DNA from: Camelus ferus
Taxonomy: Eukaryota
Length of the DNA stretch: 64,000 bases
Assembly: GCF_009834535.1 (NCBI RefSeq)
Contig: NC_045697.1
Coordinates: 103,106,001-103,170,000, forward strand
Reading direction: 5' to 3'
The translations under genes and the position numbers were made by a program. The notes beneath the pieces are model-generated. The model did not search any database. It had not been told where the DNA came from and was given only the letters and a program-made list of their open reading frames with translations. This document shows, piece by piece, positions 48,111 to 61,258 of this stretch (position 1 is the stretch's first letter; each line of letters starts with the position of its first letter).

Positions 48111-51100
48111 TGTCAGAAATGGTACAGTAGACACTTTTTGTTCTATAAAACAGATTAGCATCATTTAATTTTAGCTTTGCCAAACTACATAATGTAGTGT
48201 GTGCCTCAGTTTCCTCATGATTAAATGGGATTGACAGTAGCGTTCACCCGGAGTGGTTAAAAGGACTGTGTTAATTAATATACGTACACTACCTGGACAT
48301 AGTGCTGTATCAATATTTAACAATAGATAATTGCTACCTCTTAGGGTTGTTGTAAGGATTAAATTAGTTCCTCTCCCTCTGTCTTAAAAGAATAACTCTT
48401 TTCTGGAAAAAGAAATTGGCTTTGCTTTTGTCAAAAGCATAATTACTATTAATTTCTGTAGGTGGGTAAAAATGTGCTGTGTTCCAAACTGAGCTCCACA
48501 GTTGACAGACATTTTGCTAAAACAATACCAAATTTCATTAGAATGACTGCACTTTCTTGTACCGGTACAGCTGCAGTTAACATTAGCTCTCACAACGCGA
48601 CCTAGTGAGGAATTGTCTCTTCATCATCTCTAAGATGGCCATTTACCTCTTTCCCTCAGCTCTTGTAGCTATTATCCAGTAGACACTGAAGACGAAAGCT
48701 AATGAGCAACATACCTGTGATCCTCAGTGTTTATGTAATTCAGTCTCTGATGCAGAAAAAATAAAAGATAAAAACCTGTTGGTGAATCAGTGAAAACGAT
48801 TCTGACATTGCACTCACCCAGCAGCTTGCCATCATAGAAGTCATGATGCTTCTGCTAAAAACTGGTAAACTACAAGGACTTGGAGAAGAGAGGCAGTTCC
48901 TGTGATTACACATCCGTGCAGAGGCTGGAGCTTCACTGCTCCTGGAGCCTGAGAAATCACATGGGGTCCAGAGACACAAATGCTTCCAAACCAGACTTCA
49001 TGAGACTCCTCGTAAAGTTGAATTCTCCTCTTCTAAGGGGTACATCTTGGGGTACCACTGTGACTCACCTAGTGTTAGGATGCTTGCTGAACGTTAGCAT
49101 CGTTATTCAGACTAAGAAAATGATGAGCAAGTCGAAATTTCCTTGAAAAAGAATCATCAGAATGAGACTTTAGCCTATTTGGTTTTCTTTTCTTCATCAC
49201 AGTATTCAGGTTTGTCGGCTGCTAAATTTATAAACTTTTTTTAACCACTCAACATGAATATTCGGTGATAATTCCTGCCCCGTGAGGTTTATATAAATTT
49301 ACTTTTCCTGTCACTAGTGGTATGTTTAATAACAAAATATTAGAGTGGTACAAAAGCACAAAATATTAGATGCTTTTTTTTCCAGAAAAATTCAGCTTTG
49401 TAATGTAAAATGTAGATTATGCTAATATGAGTCAAAGTACATTAATATTTATCTGAAATTTTGATACCTAGTGGTAATCTTGGGGCAATCGATTTTGCTT
49501 AGCTCCCACAGCTTCCTGATGGAATGCAGTGAGGGCACGTGTGAGTCAGTAAGTGATTCTACTCTCAGCAAGTGTAAATGCTTCATCTCAATTCATGTTG
49601 CTTTTAACTAACACAGAGGAAAATCATGCAACCTCATCACCAAAGCAGTGTAACATCCACCTGGCCAATTTGATTGTCTGATTAGAATTCTACAAAGAGA
49701 TAGACACCTTAGGATGACAGTAAAGCTATTTATTGGGCTCATATTTAGATGTCAGATCTTATTACCTAAAGAACCCAACTATTCAAAGATCAGCACTCTC
49801 TACTTACGAATAAAATTGCATTAGCTTTTACACCCAAATTTTGTGAACTCAGGATTCCATCACATCATGTGGGATCTCAGTCCCCTGATAGGTCCTCTCC
49901 TCAAGTACTTCTGGAAGTCCCAGGTTCCTCACCGGTTCACAAACGAGCTGAACTCCTGGGTGCGGCTCACTCCTTCCAGGCTTCCAGCAGCTCCACTATT
50001 TCAGCTGCTGCTATTCCTGTAGGAGAACACACCCTGCTTAGACGGTCCCAGACCGGGTAACTTTTGCGTTGCCGAAATAGTGCTGTGTTCCCAGAGCACA
50101 GGGTTGTTGCCTGTCTCCTCTCACGGCTGGTCCATCAGGCTAGGGGCAGGACCAAGTCCCACAGCATCTCTCCCTGAGCTCGACTCTCCTATCTCTCCCC
50201 CAGGCCCCACGCGTAAGCCCACAACCTCTGCAGAAAGCTTCCCCACCACAAGCCCCCTTTCCAAAGTGTCGCTCAACTCCTGCAAAGACGCCTGGGGAGT
50301 TGGCAGTCTCTCCTTGTCTGGCAGCCTCATCTTCAGTTGAGTCATCTTCTCCCAGCTTTGCATATATATGATTGCTGATTCTGTCAACAGTCCCTTAAAA
50401 GTATTATGACCCCTATTTTACAGAAAAAGAAATTGAGCAATAGGAATATTATGAAATTTATCTAAATTCATCAGCCCTAAATGTGAGACATATTTACATA
50501 CATTAAATTTTAAAACTATTTTCCAAGTTGCTCAAAGTACTTTATTGAACCTCATTTCCTACTCTCTGTAAGGTACTTTGGTGACAGATACTATCTTTAT
50601 TTATGGGTGTCTCTGTGGTATAGAATGGGTAAAGGGTTTGTATATAATTCAGATGGTAGAATCCTGCTCAATATCAGTTATCTTTAAGGCCTTTCTTCTC
50701 TGTAAACCTGGTATCTTGGATTTTGTTTTTTGGAGAATGGTGCCTCAAGGTATTTTTTTCCCAGTCTACTTTTCTGCTTATGGTTAAAGAGAATATTTTA
50801 GACATTAAAAGCCAAGCCCAAACAAAACTAAATATCGGCTTCTATATCAGCCAGGACCCTTGTCCAGAAATGACAGAAACCTACCAGCTTGGGCAAAAAG
50901 AGGAATGTATTGGCTCATCTGATCACTCAGGGAGGAACACAGGGACACCAAGCTCCAGGGACACAAGTGATGCTGGGCTTCTCCATCTCTTCCTCTCTGT
51001 GTGTTGACGTCGTTCTCCCAGCTTCCTCCAAGAAGCTGGAGAAATGGCAATGAGCAGCGCTCAGGTCCAGGGGAAGGACTTCCCCTCGCTCCCAAGATCC

Positions 51101-51869
51101 GATTCTGAGAGCCTTTGGGGAAGCGCTCATAGGTCCGTCTCCATGGCCAGTGGTGTGGGGTATTGTGATTGCCTGGAAACATTTGGAGCTGGGGAAGACC
51201 AGTTCTCCAAGAATTGTCAGTCACAGAATAAAGTAGGATGCCGGGCAGATGAAACTAATATCTACTAAACACTTTTTAATCTGTTTTGGAATAAGATGAG
51301 CTGTAAATAAATAAGTACTGTGGATGTATTATTATAATATATGATCTTCATGAAAAGGTTTAATTACTTAATTACTGGTAATATACCATCAGAACACACA
51401 AGTGAAGTTCATATCGCCAGCTGTCACTTGTCTTCAAACTTGTGTGAGTACTGTACCACTCTTATTTATTGAAAATATCTTTTCCTAATCCAATTTTTCA
51501 AGTAGAGCATTTTTTATTCCCACTCCCCTAAGTTATTTTTACCATTCCTTATGGTGAAGGTGCAGCCGAAAACAGCAAAAGATCAAGAGCCTAAAGAGGA
51601 GTGGTTCAAGTATGGTATCTTTTAGGTATTATTTCCTGTTTATGTCTAGCTGATTCATGGGATGTTTTAGAGTAATTTTAACCTAACCACCCTTTTATAC
51701 AGAAAAAGAAGAAGGAGAAGAGGGGAAGAGAGGGCTGGGAGAGGAGGAGGAGAAGCTGTGACCTTAACAGGCAATACGTTTTAGACAGAGGTCTTTTGAT
51801 TGCATGGTTGACCTACTCAAGACAACGCAAGAGAAGACAGACTTATTTTAAATATGGAGACCTCATGAA

Positions 51870-52530
51870 AATCCAAAGACAGGAATCAAAGTTTTCAACA
51901 AAAACAAAGATTTCAACAAAAAATTACAAGGGAGGCCAAAAGGCAAGAAAAAACATAGTCTTAACAAACAAAGCAATCACCAGAACCAGACTCAGAGATG
52001 CACAGATGAAGTTATCAAACAAGGAATTTAAAATAACTAAGATTAAAGTACTGTAATGGAAAAAATAGACAGCATGCAAGAACAGATGGTAATGTTAAGT
52101 GGAGCGATGAGAACTCTGAAACAATCAAGAGGAAAGGCTAGAAATAATAATAATAATAATAATAAAAACACTAACAGAAATGAAGAAACCCTTCAGTGGG
52201 CTCATCGGTAGACTTGGCACAGCCAAGAGAAGAGATCAGTGAACTTGGAAATATGCCATTAGAAACGTCACAAACTGAAACTCAAGAGAAAAAAGAATGA
52301 AGACATAGAAGAGGACATCCAAGGACTATGGAACAATTTCGAAAGATAAAACATACAAGTCATTGGAATTATTTCAAGTAATAATGCTGAGAACTGTCCA
52401 AAATTAATGACAAAATCCAAACCACATATACGGGAAGCTTGGAGAACACCAAACAAGAGAAATGCCAAAGACAAACAGAAAAACTCACGTGTTGCCATAT
52501 CATATTCAAACTGCAGGAAACCAAAGACAA
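51870..52530 (+). mobile_element. Old LINE-1 5'/ORF1-region fragment, with an (AAT)n tract at ~52144-52165
   Basis: A-rich; GAAATGAAGAA..TTCAGTGGGCTCATCGGTAGACTTGGCACAGCCAAG..AGATCAGTGAACTTG..CCAAAATTAATGACA, typical of L1M ORF1. Confidence 0.75.
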
Positions 52531-53562
52531 AAAGAACATAGGCAACTCTCTCACATGAACCAGAAAGATCAGTCAGGACCCTTGTGCTTTTGTCTTTTCT
52601 GCGCCATTCTAGACTTTACCCTTCATCATTGTTTTTTCATGCAGACCAACAAGGGCCTTTCTAGCTCCAATTTTATCTCATTATTTTACAGCCCTAGTTC
52701 TTCCTTGGTTCCTTGGTTCCCAATTTCAAATTCTTGATAGAATTATGATTGGCCTGTTCATCTTTTGAAGGCAGTAGAAGTCCCTGAGGGAACTCCATGG
52801 GTGGGTTGCCCAGAATCAGTTGCCCACATCAGTCTGTTTCAGGGGGTGGGTTAAAATATAAATATGATTCCTTCTTACTCAGCAAGAACCGTTTGTAAGG
52901 CACTGTTTTCTTGGCGCTTGTGGGTGGGTTGGCAGTGATGTATACACTTCCACTACAGAACAAATTATTAGGTAGATAATGGAGTTTCAGAGGGGTGAAG
53001 TGATTTGCTAAGCAGCCATTATGACTCAGACTCAAACCTACCTCTTCTAACTCTTTACTCAGTGATCTATTACATGGATTAGAAACCAAGTGTTAAGAAA
53101 AATATGTTGTCCATTGACCGGAATCTTTTAAATTATTCCAGCTCTTCTTTAGAATATTATCAGCCTTTTAAAAAAAATATTTATTTGTTTGTTTGTTTAA
53201 ATTGAAGTACGGTCAGTTACAATGTGCCAACCTCTGGTGCACAGCACAATATCCCAGTCATGCATATGCATGCATATATTTGTTTACATATTTTTTCAAG
53301 TCTTTTTAATTCGAGAAATGTCATTATTTACTAGAGATCTGCTGCACATACTACATCTTTATTGACGATAAAAATTTAAGAAGTCACGCCACCTTTTTTT
53401 AAAACCGATGTTTAGAACCAATGATGTTACCGGTTCCAGAAACCTTCTTCCCACTAGCCCCAGTCACCTGGGGCCCTTGGAATAGAAGAGGATGCACACC
53501 ATTTTACTCAGTGAATCTCAGAACATTTTATTGCCCATGTGGTATCCATCACACACCATCAT

Positions 53563-54035
53563 TGTTGTTACGGTTTGAATCGTGTCCTTCTAAAAAGATA
53601 GTTGAGGAAGTTGAAGTCCTAACCCCCAGTATCTCACTATGGGACCTTATTTGGAAATAAGATTGTTGCAGATGTGATTAGCCAAGATGAGGTCATGTTG
53701 GAGTTGGATGGGCCCCAATCCAGTGTGACTGGTGTCCTTATAAGAAGACAGTCATGTGGAGACAGAGGCACGCAGCGGGGATGCTGTGTGACGATGGAGG
53801 CAGAGATTGGAGTGATGCGGCTGCCGGCCAAAGAATGCCAAAGATTGCTGGGAAACCACCAGAAGCCAGAAGAGGCAGGGAAGATTCTCCTACTTGTTTC
53901 TGAGGGAGCATGAGCCAAGCTGATCCCTCGATTTCAGACTTACAGCCTCCAAACCTGTGCAATAACACGTTTCTGTTGTTTCAAGCAACCGAGTTTGTGG
54001 TACTTTATCAAAGCAGTTCTAGCAAACTAATATAA
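53563..54035 (+). mobile_element. MLT1 (MaLR) LTR
   Basis: TGTTACGGTTTGAATCGTGTCC..CCTTATTTGGAAATAAG..GTTTGTGGTACTTTATCAAAGCAGTTCTAGCAAACTAATATA. Confidence 0.85.
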
Positions 54036-54243
54036 TCGTCAACCCCTATCTGAGCCTGATTCAAAGAAGCAAAGTTCTGTAAAGATTTTTATTACACTCC
54101 CCCCACCCCTCAAGCTCAAATAAAAATATAGCCTCTGACCTTCCCTCGGTACCTTGAAAACCCATAAAACAAAAGGAGCACAAGAGAGTCCTAGGATTTC
54201 TCTTGTCAAGTTGCCTTGCTTCTGTTTATATTCTACCATTTCT

Positions 54244-54398
54244 TTTCTTCTGTTAAAGATTTTATCTTATTTATTTTTGGGGGAGGAGGTAATTAAGTCT
54301 CTTTATTTGTTTATTTTTAGAGGAGGTACTGGGAATTGAACCCAAGACCTTGTGCATGCTGAGCATGCGTTCTACCACTTGAGCTATACCCTCCCCGT
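54244..54398 (-). mobile_element. tRNA-Ala-derived SINE (vic-1-like), long form, copy 7
   Basis: Reverse complement of head, body and tail. 15-bp TSD TATTC(T/C)ACCATTTCT at 54229-54243 and 54399-54413. Confidence 0.92.
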
Positions 54399-56299
54399 TA
54401 TTCCACCATTTCTAACATATCTTGGCATTGAATTCAGGATCAGGCTTTGACTATCCCAAAGGACCTACATTTTACAGGTCTGGGCAGTAGGGTTCCTGTA
54501 AGAGGATGGGGAATTACAGATGCCTTCTCAGGCACCTAGCCATGAGCAACAGAAACACCATCATAAAATGGTCGCTCCAGTCTGTTCTTCCTCAAGGAGC
54601 TAATGTGTGATACCCACCAGAGAGTGCAGGAGGGGTGGAGTCTATTAAGTGCTGCCCCTATAAAATTCACTCTGCCTCTATTCAGATTTTTATCATGTGC
54701 ATGAAGCTTCTCTAGCATCAGGCCCTCTTATCTGGTATTTGCAATATGGATTTTTAGATGAAAAGAATTTAGCTGAAAAATTGTTCTAGGTGTCTGTATC
54801 TCAGAACAACCACCACTGTGTGGTTCGCTTAAATCCCAGTATTTAGAAAGCGCACCCAACTAAATCTGTATGCTGATTATGCTGCCTTTTTACACAGTTC
54901 TCTGCTTAAATAGCTCTTGATTAGTGAATGAATACTAACCAGGGTAGCAGGAAAAATGCCATCGGTGTATCATATGTCATTGTATTTGTAGGGAGTAGGT
55001 TATATGGCACAAAGTAAGAAGTAGTGTTGACAAGTGGCTCAGAGTGGGTGCACAGTAAATATTTATTGAATGAATGAGTGAGTGAACAAATTCTGAGCAA
55101 AGATCATACATAACCACAGAGACAAAGAGACAAAGCTACGTATTGAAGAGTCCTTACAAAGAATGGCAAATCAAAGGGCAGGAATATATTGAATGAATCC
55201 AGTTCTCTGGAGCACCCTAAAATTGCATCTGTCAGGATACTCACATTTCCTAGGACAAAATACTATTGAGTGTCTCTTAGCTCAAAGTGTAACCCAGGAA
55301 ATGCAGAAGCAGGCATGTAAGTACCTGTGCACATTATAAATCTGCCACCGTTCAGATTAAGTGTCCAAAGGAGGTGGAGCTGGAGTAACTTTGATCGTTC
55401 TAGGGGAGGCTTTCCCAGGTCTTGTCCACATTCCTTCCTGCGCGTCCCTAAACTTGTGGACCCCGAATCACTTAGTGCGACTTATTTAGAGTAAAGGGAG
55501 TAGGACTTAGACTCATATTAGACTAAGCGAACAACAGAGGCAAATAAATCCTCTTGGTGAACAGAGAATGAAGGGTCTGTCAGTTAACTCCCAGAAGGAT
55601 TTACTTTCTGGTCTTTGCTCGTGAACATCTATGCATTAATTGATCATTTTAGCAACTTTATTTTGTGCCTTCCACCACTCCCGCCATGACCCCCGACGGA
55701 GGAGTCAGCTTGTTTGAGGCTGTGAGGAGTTCATTTGCCTGTTATTTGTTTTCAAGCACTTTGAGATTGTAATCCACTAAGATCAATTTCCTTTTTAACA
55801 GATAATTTTTTAGAATCCTAATTAGGAAATGGATAATAGCTTCCTAGAATCTCTCTTTTAAGTTTGGAAAACTTGGGGGGTTGAGAGGGTTTTGCATGTT
55901 AAAATTTAATTGACAATATTTGATATATAATTCTTAAACTTAATCTCAGAATCTTCAAAGCGTTAAATGATGTGTATCGCAGGATGCTGTATATCTCTTT
56001 CCCTATAAACAAGTCGATGGATCTCAGCTTGGCAACACAAAGTAGTTGTTGTTCATTAAAAAAAACAATAAAACCTAAAATTCTCCAGTCTTTTCTGCAG
56101 GGCATATTTATTAGTCATTGATTAGAAGCTCCTCTGAATATGAAAATCATTAATATACACATTGTCGGGGATGCTTCTGGACTGGGCTAATCAGAAAGGG
56201 AGTAGGCGGCAGGTGTGGGACCAGACAAAGGGTGTGTGGGGGCACTGGGGAGAGGCGGGGGAAGATGACAGATAAGGAGAGTAAAACAAGTTGAAGGTG

Positions 56300-56530
56300 C
56301 AGTTTTCATAGTCTGAGTCCAACTCTGCAGACACACTGCCTGAGTTTCAACCCCACTTCCGCCTCTTCCTAGCAGTGTGACATTGGGCAGACCTTCTGTG
56401 GACCACTTTCCTCATCTGCAAAATGGGGATAATAGAAGTACCTTCCTCACAGGGTTGTTGTGAGGGTTAAATGAGTTACTGTATATAAAGGGCTTAGAAA
56501 AGTGCCTGGAACATATAAATATTTGCTTCT
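56300..56530 (+). mobile_element. MIR fragment
   Basis: CCTGAGTTTCAACCCC..CTTCCTAGCAGTGTGACATTGGGCAG..TTTCCTCATCTGCAAAATGGGGATAATAGAAGTACCTTCCTCACAGGGTTGTTGTGAGGGTTAAATGAG. Confidence 0.85.
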
Positions 56531-57076
56531 ATCATCACCAATTATTATTATTATATACATGAGACTCTCCCAAAACTCAAGTTACTTAAGCAAGAATAGA
56601 ACTTTGAAATACCTTTTAGGATATTCTTCCAAATGACTTTTGATTATCCTAATAACGTGTTCTATCTAAGACTGAGAGTGTTATCCCAGCAGAATTGCAG
56701 CAGTGGCTTAGTTTTATGGTAGAGGAAGATGGGCCAGCTCAGCCTGGGGGTCTGTTCCCCCAAAACTCACCTTGAGTGAATGGAAGAAATCAGCAAACCT
56801 ATAGACTGTTTATCTAGGAGAGACTGCTGTGGCATCCCCAAAGCCTCAACCATTATTTATGACAGCTCATTTTTCATTTACAATTATTATGAGTTTTTTT
56901 ATTAGTTTGTTTCTTTGAAAAGTGTGGGACACAGTTCATGGATCACCGCCTTGTGGGTACCCATTCAGACAGGGTTTCCTTGGAAAAACAACACTCCTTA
57001 GCTCAAGTTTCCTCATTTTGGGGTCCACTATATACCTGCTCTTTTTCTATTTGCCTTTTCCTTATTCCCCACTAAT

Positions 57077-57112
57077 CACACACACACAGACACACACACA
57101 CACACACACACA
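57077..57112. repeat. Interrupted (CA)n microsatellite
   Basis: CA repeat with one GA interruption, read directly. Confidence 0.93.
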
Positions 57113-58796
57113 GAGCCGTGTGCTTTATGTTCTCCTTTCCCCTGATTATGTGATTATGGACCCAGAACTAGAGGAAGAGGGAGTCCAAGCAGCATCATAT
57201 TTGATTGAATTGACTCCAATCTTTTTGTCACAGAGTTTTTTGTTTTTGTTGGTTTGTGTTTTTCTGGCCTAGACTCCAGAGAGAATTGGAAGAGAAAAAT
57301 ACATGTAAACTCAAAAACAAATGTAAATCTCTTTGCAAGATTAGGGAGACTGATGATATATGGATGCATTCCATTTGTTTTCATTTTTGTAGCGTAATGT
57401 CTTGGCTCTGATTGTGAGTTACACATATGCATTGTAAAACGTTTAAAAAATAAAGAAATGGAAAATACAAAAATCACATGTAATCCTCCCACTCAGCTAT
57501 AGTAAGTATTAACATTTTTTTGTACAGAGCCCACCAGGCCTTTTCTTACAAATACGTATACACACATATACTTTTTATTAAACAAAATCGGGATCACAGT
57601 GTGTACACTTTGTAATTGGTTTCAGTTTTCAAATAGTAAACATACCCGAAAATAAGTTTCAGGAAAAAAAAGAACAAGGATCCCTCCCTTTAGACTTGTC
57701 CTCACAATTGTATCAGTTTCCTATTTCTCTGCACTTTACCCTTCTTTTATGTCCATCCAGTCCTGGTTGCAACTGGTTTCTTATTTTCTGTGTCTTGTAG
57801 ACTATATAGTACACAGTTCTTGGTAAGTTACTCAAATTTCCAAACCACACAACTGGTAAGCATGAAGAAATTACTGTAAGATCAAGGACTGAGAATTAAT
57901 ATTACCATCACTGACAGACTCAGACAGTTATTAACTATAACATGTTAGGTCTGCTCCGTCAGCTGCTGGCCCCACACTTACCCAGATATCAGAGTCTGGC
58001 ACCTTCTATGGGCAGGAGACAGAGTCTTGTTGAGATGGAAGCTTCAGCTTCATCTGGGAGCCTTTTTCTCAAGAGAGTTCTGCTTGTTTTGGGCCTTTCT
58101 ATTCTTCAGGTCCTCCCTGGGTTTCGTCCTGGAATGCCATCAGTAAGTTTCCACCTGACATACCTAGTCTACAGTGACAGGGATGGAAACAGTAGTTACG
58201 TACGTGTGTGCATGTGTATGTGTGCATATGTGCTGCTTTGACTAGAAAGGGGCGAGAGTGGTGCCTCTGGGTAGTATTTCCACGGATGTCACACATGTAA
58301 CGCGTATTTGTGTACTTTACTGTGTGATGTTACAGCTCAATTAAAACAAAAAAAGTGCTGCTTGTTTCACCCTCCTGCCAGGCTGTCGGTGATTTAGGCT
58401 GCAGATCTAGTCAAGATCTAATAAATCCCAGAGACCGCAGACCAGCATTGTCTTAGCTGTAGAGAGCGCTAGGCTTTTTAGTTCTTGGACTGCTTTATAA
58501 AACAGCAATACCCAGAGATGCTCCCCACTCAACAAAAGGAAGTTTTGTGGTCAAATAAGTTTAGGAAATGCTGCCCCCTTTGAAAGATTCACAGTGCACA
58601 TTGGAATGTTCAAGGCCCTAAAGTCCTATAGCAAAGGAACAAGTTTATCCCAACTTGTCCTAAGCTTAATCATGAAATTCTTTTGATTAATACCTATTAA
58701 CACCTCATTGGAATAATCAGCCTACGTTTAGGCAAAAGCCTGGTTAAAGCCTGTCCATGAATACCCGCCCTCTACCCCTGCATCAGGTGACATGTT

Positions 58797-58809
58797 CGCC
58801 ACCTGCTGG
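58797..58809 (-). promoter_or_regulatory. CTCF core motif
   Basis: Reverse complement CCAGCAGGTGGCG matches CCASYAGRKGGCR; binding not demonstrated. Confidence 0.55.
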
Positions 58810-59974
58810 TTGTATTGGGTATGAAGTCACTCACTAGGGAAGCTTCTGTTCTCACTAAATTGCACTCACAATCCGGAGTTCGTTGTCACAGTGCTCTTCA
58901 TTATGTTTTTCCACATTTGACATACCAGGGACTGAACAACGTAGCTTGTCATAATTCAGTTACAAAAGGAAGTTTTTCATGCAGACCCTCAACATGGAAG
59001 TCAGACCATACAGATCAGCACTGAACACGAGGGACCAAAAGAAGTGAAGCATCTGATAAAATGAGAACAAAGAGTAAAAATGAGGGCGAGGTGATTTAGA
59101 ATTCTAGGATTTTATAGATTAAATACTTGTGATAATAAATTCAGTTAGTCTGTCCCATTTATTCTCTAATTCGAAATCCAATTTATGTTTAACAGACTTG
59201 TTCAACATCTAATAGATGGATGAGCTAATCCTTAAGTCCATCTGAACCAGTATTAGACATTTTTGTTTAAATTGGTAAGTTTCACTACTTTTAGTTCTTG
59301 AGGTTATAATTGTTAAAATGATATCGTAATTGATTTGGGAAGAAGAAAAGAAATAAAAATAACATAAAGGAAAGGAATGTGATAATATAATACATTTATA
59401 CCATAATTTATTTTTTAAAGACTTTCTTTTATTATGCATTTGTTTATAGACTGTCACACAATCTAAGAAGAAAAATTTTAAATGTTTTCTACAAATAATC
59501 TTTCACCATCTGTTCTATTTATTTTCCTGTCTCAAAACATTATTTACTGCTAGCAGAGATTTCTTTTAAGCCACCATTTGTGCTAGAATGGCTAAAGGTT
59601 TAAGCATCTAGGCAGTTGCTACCTGACACTCGGGTGGGTTGAAAAGAGTCCGGCAGCCCAGTTTCGGTGCCCCTTCTTCACTCTTTATCTCCATCCATCT
59701 CATCTGGATTTTTCCAAGGAGCCTCCAACTTCCTGAGAAAAAGCAAACACCTGCCTAATCCTTCTAGGGCAAAGTGCTTATGTTCCAAATTTCAAAGCTT
59801 TAAGGAAAGAAACTCCTAATTTTAAATACGAACAAGTATTTCAAATAATTTTACTCTCAAAGAAACATACCTTGTAGTGTGTCAGCCTTGCTTTAAAAAG
59901 ACCGTGTAAATTTGGCTCCTGGAGCAGTATTCCTAGCATTCGAAGACTGATTGCATCACACGACCATAGAAATA

Positions 59975-60540
59975 TGCTGATTCCGGGGCTTTTTCCTCAG
60001 CGAGGGGAGGGTGAGGCCTCCGCACGTTGAACTTGCCCCTTGGATGCCGATCCAATCACCTAGGGAGATTCTTTTTTTAACGCTGATGCTGGACCCACCT
60101 TGTGAGTCAGGACATCCGTATTTATAAAGAATCCCACCAGTTATGTGAATGAGCACAGAGGCTTGAGAACTTCTGCTCTGAGAACTGATAAGTGAAAGGA
60201 CAAATGCGGAAAGATCTATTTCGATTTGCCAATGCGTTGTTTATTAATGTGGAGAAGGAGAGGCAAACATATTGACCAAGTGTAGAGGAATTGTTAGTGA
60301 AGGATGGAGGAAATCAGGTGAACAGATAATTGAATGCTGACTTCTCAACCCGGAACAGGCTCACAGGGGCATTTCAGTGACCTTAGTTCTTAACCCTGGC
60401 TGCTCTTTAGAACCTTCCAGGAGTAAGCTTTTAAAAATTACCGAAGCCCGGGCCCTACTCCAGACCAGTTAAATCAGAATCTATGGGGGCAGGGCGTGGG
60501 GTGCTTATTTTACCAGCTCCTGGGGCGACTTGAGCCCTGC
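59975..60540. mobile_element. Two MER5-type DNA transposon remnants (~59975-60180 and ~60375-60540)
   Basis: GGCTTGAGAACTTCTG end; TTCTTAACCCTGGCTGC..TAGAACC..GCCCGGGCCCTACTCCAGACCAGTTAAATCAGAATCT. Confidence 0.55.
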
Positions 60541-60869
60541 CCGCTTCAGCCGCGTTGTCTGTGACATGTGAGAAGCTGTTTGAGTCACCTGCTATTGTTG
60601 ACATAACAAACAGGTCATGTTTGCCTCCAGACCCTTGGGGGCCGGTCTTTAAAGGAAATGAATGCTCGGCACTGTCCTTTTGTTCCACCTCTTCAACCAC
60701 CGTGATTAGGCTTCACTGTTTTATTTATAAAAGCAGTTGCCACCTGTTTCTTGCCATAATTTGTAGCGGTATATTGCTTAGAGCAAAAGCCAGAAAGTTA
60801 CGTAACGTCTAAATTTGCTAGATAAAATGTGGGGGGATGGGGAGAAGTATTTGTGGAATTTTATGACCT

Positions 60870-60882
60870 GTTGCTTAGCAAC
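60870..60882. promoter_or_regulatory. RFX X-box (GTTGCT-T-AGCAAC) upstream of C4orf51
   Basis: Perfect 6+6 palindrome with a 1-nt spacer, ending 143 bp before the ATG. Confidence 0.7.
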
Positions 60883-60913
60883 TTCAAGAGCGTCAAGCTT
60901 CTGCATTCTATGA

Positions 60914-61258
<345 letters not shown>

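Noticed and set aside
49860-50400. GC-balanced segment with 60-90 aa ORFs downstream of MMAA
   Set aside because: No recognisable protein or convincing splice structure; more likely an old LTR-type remnant that I cannot name.
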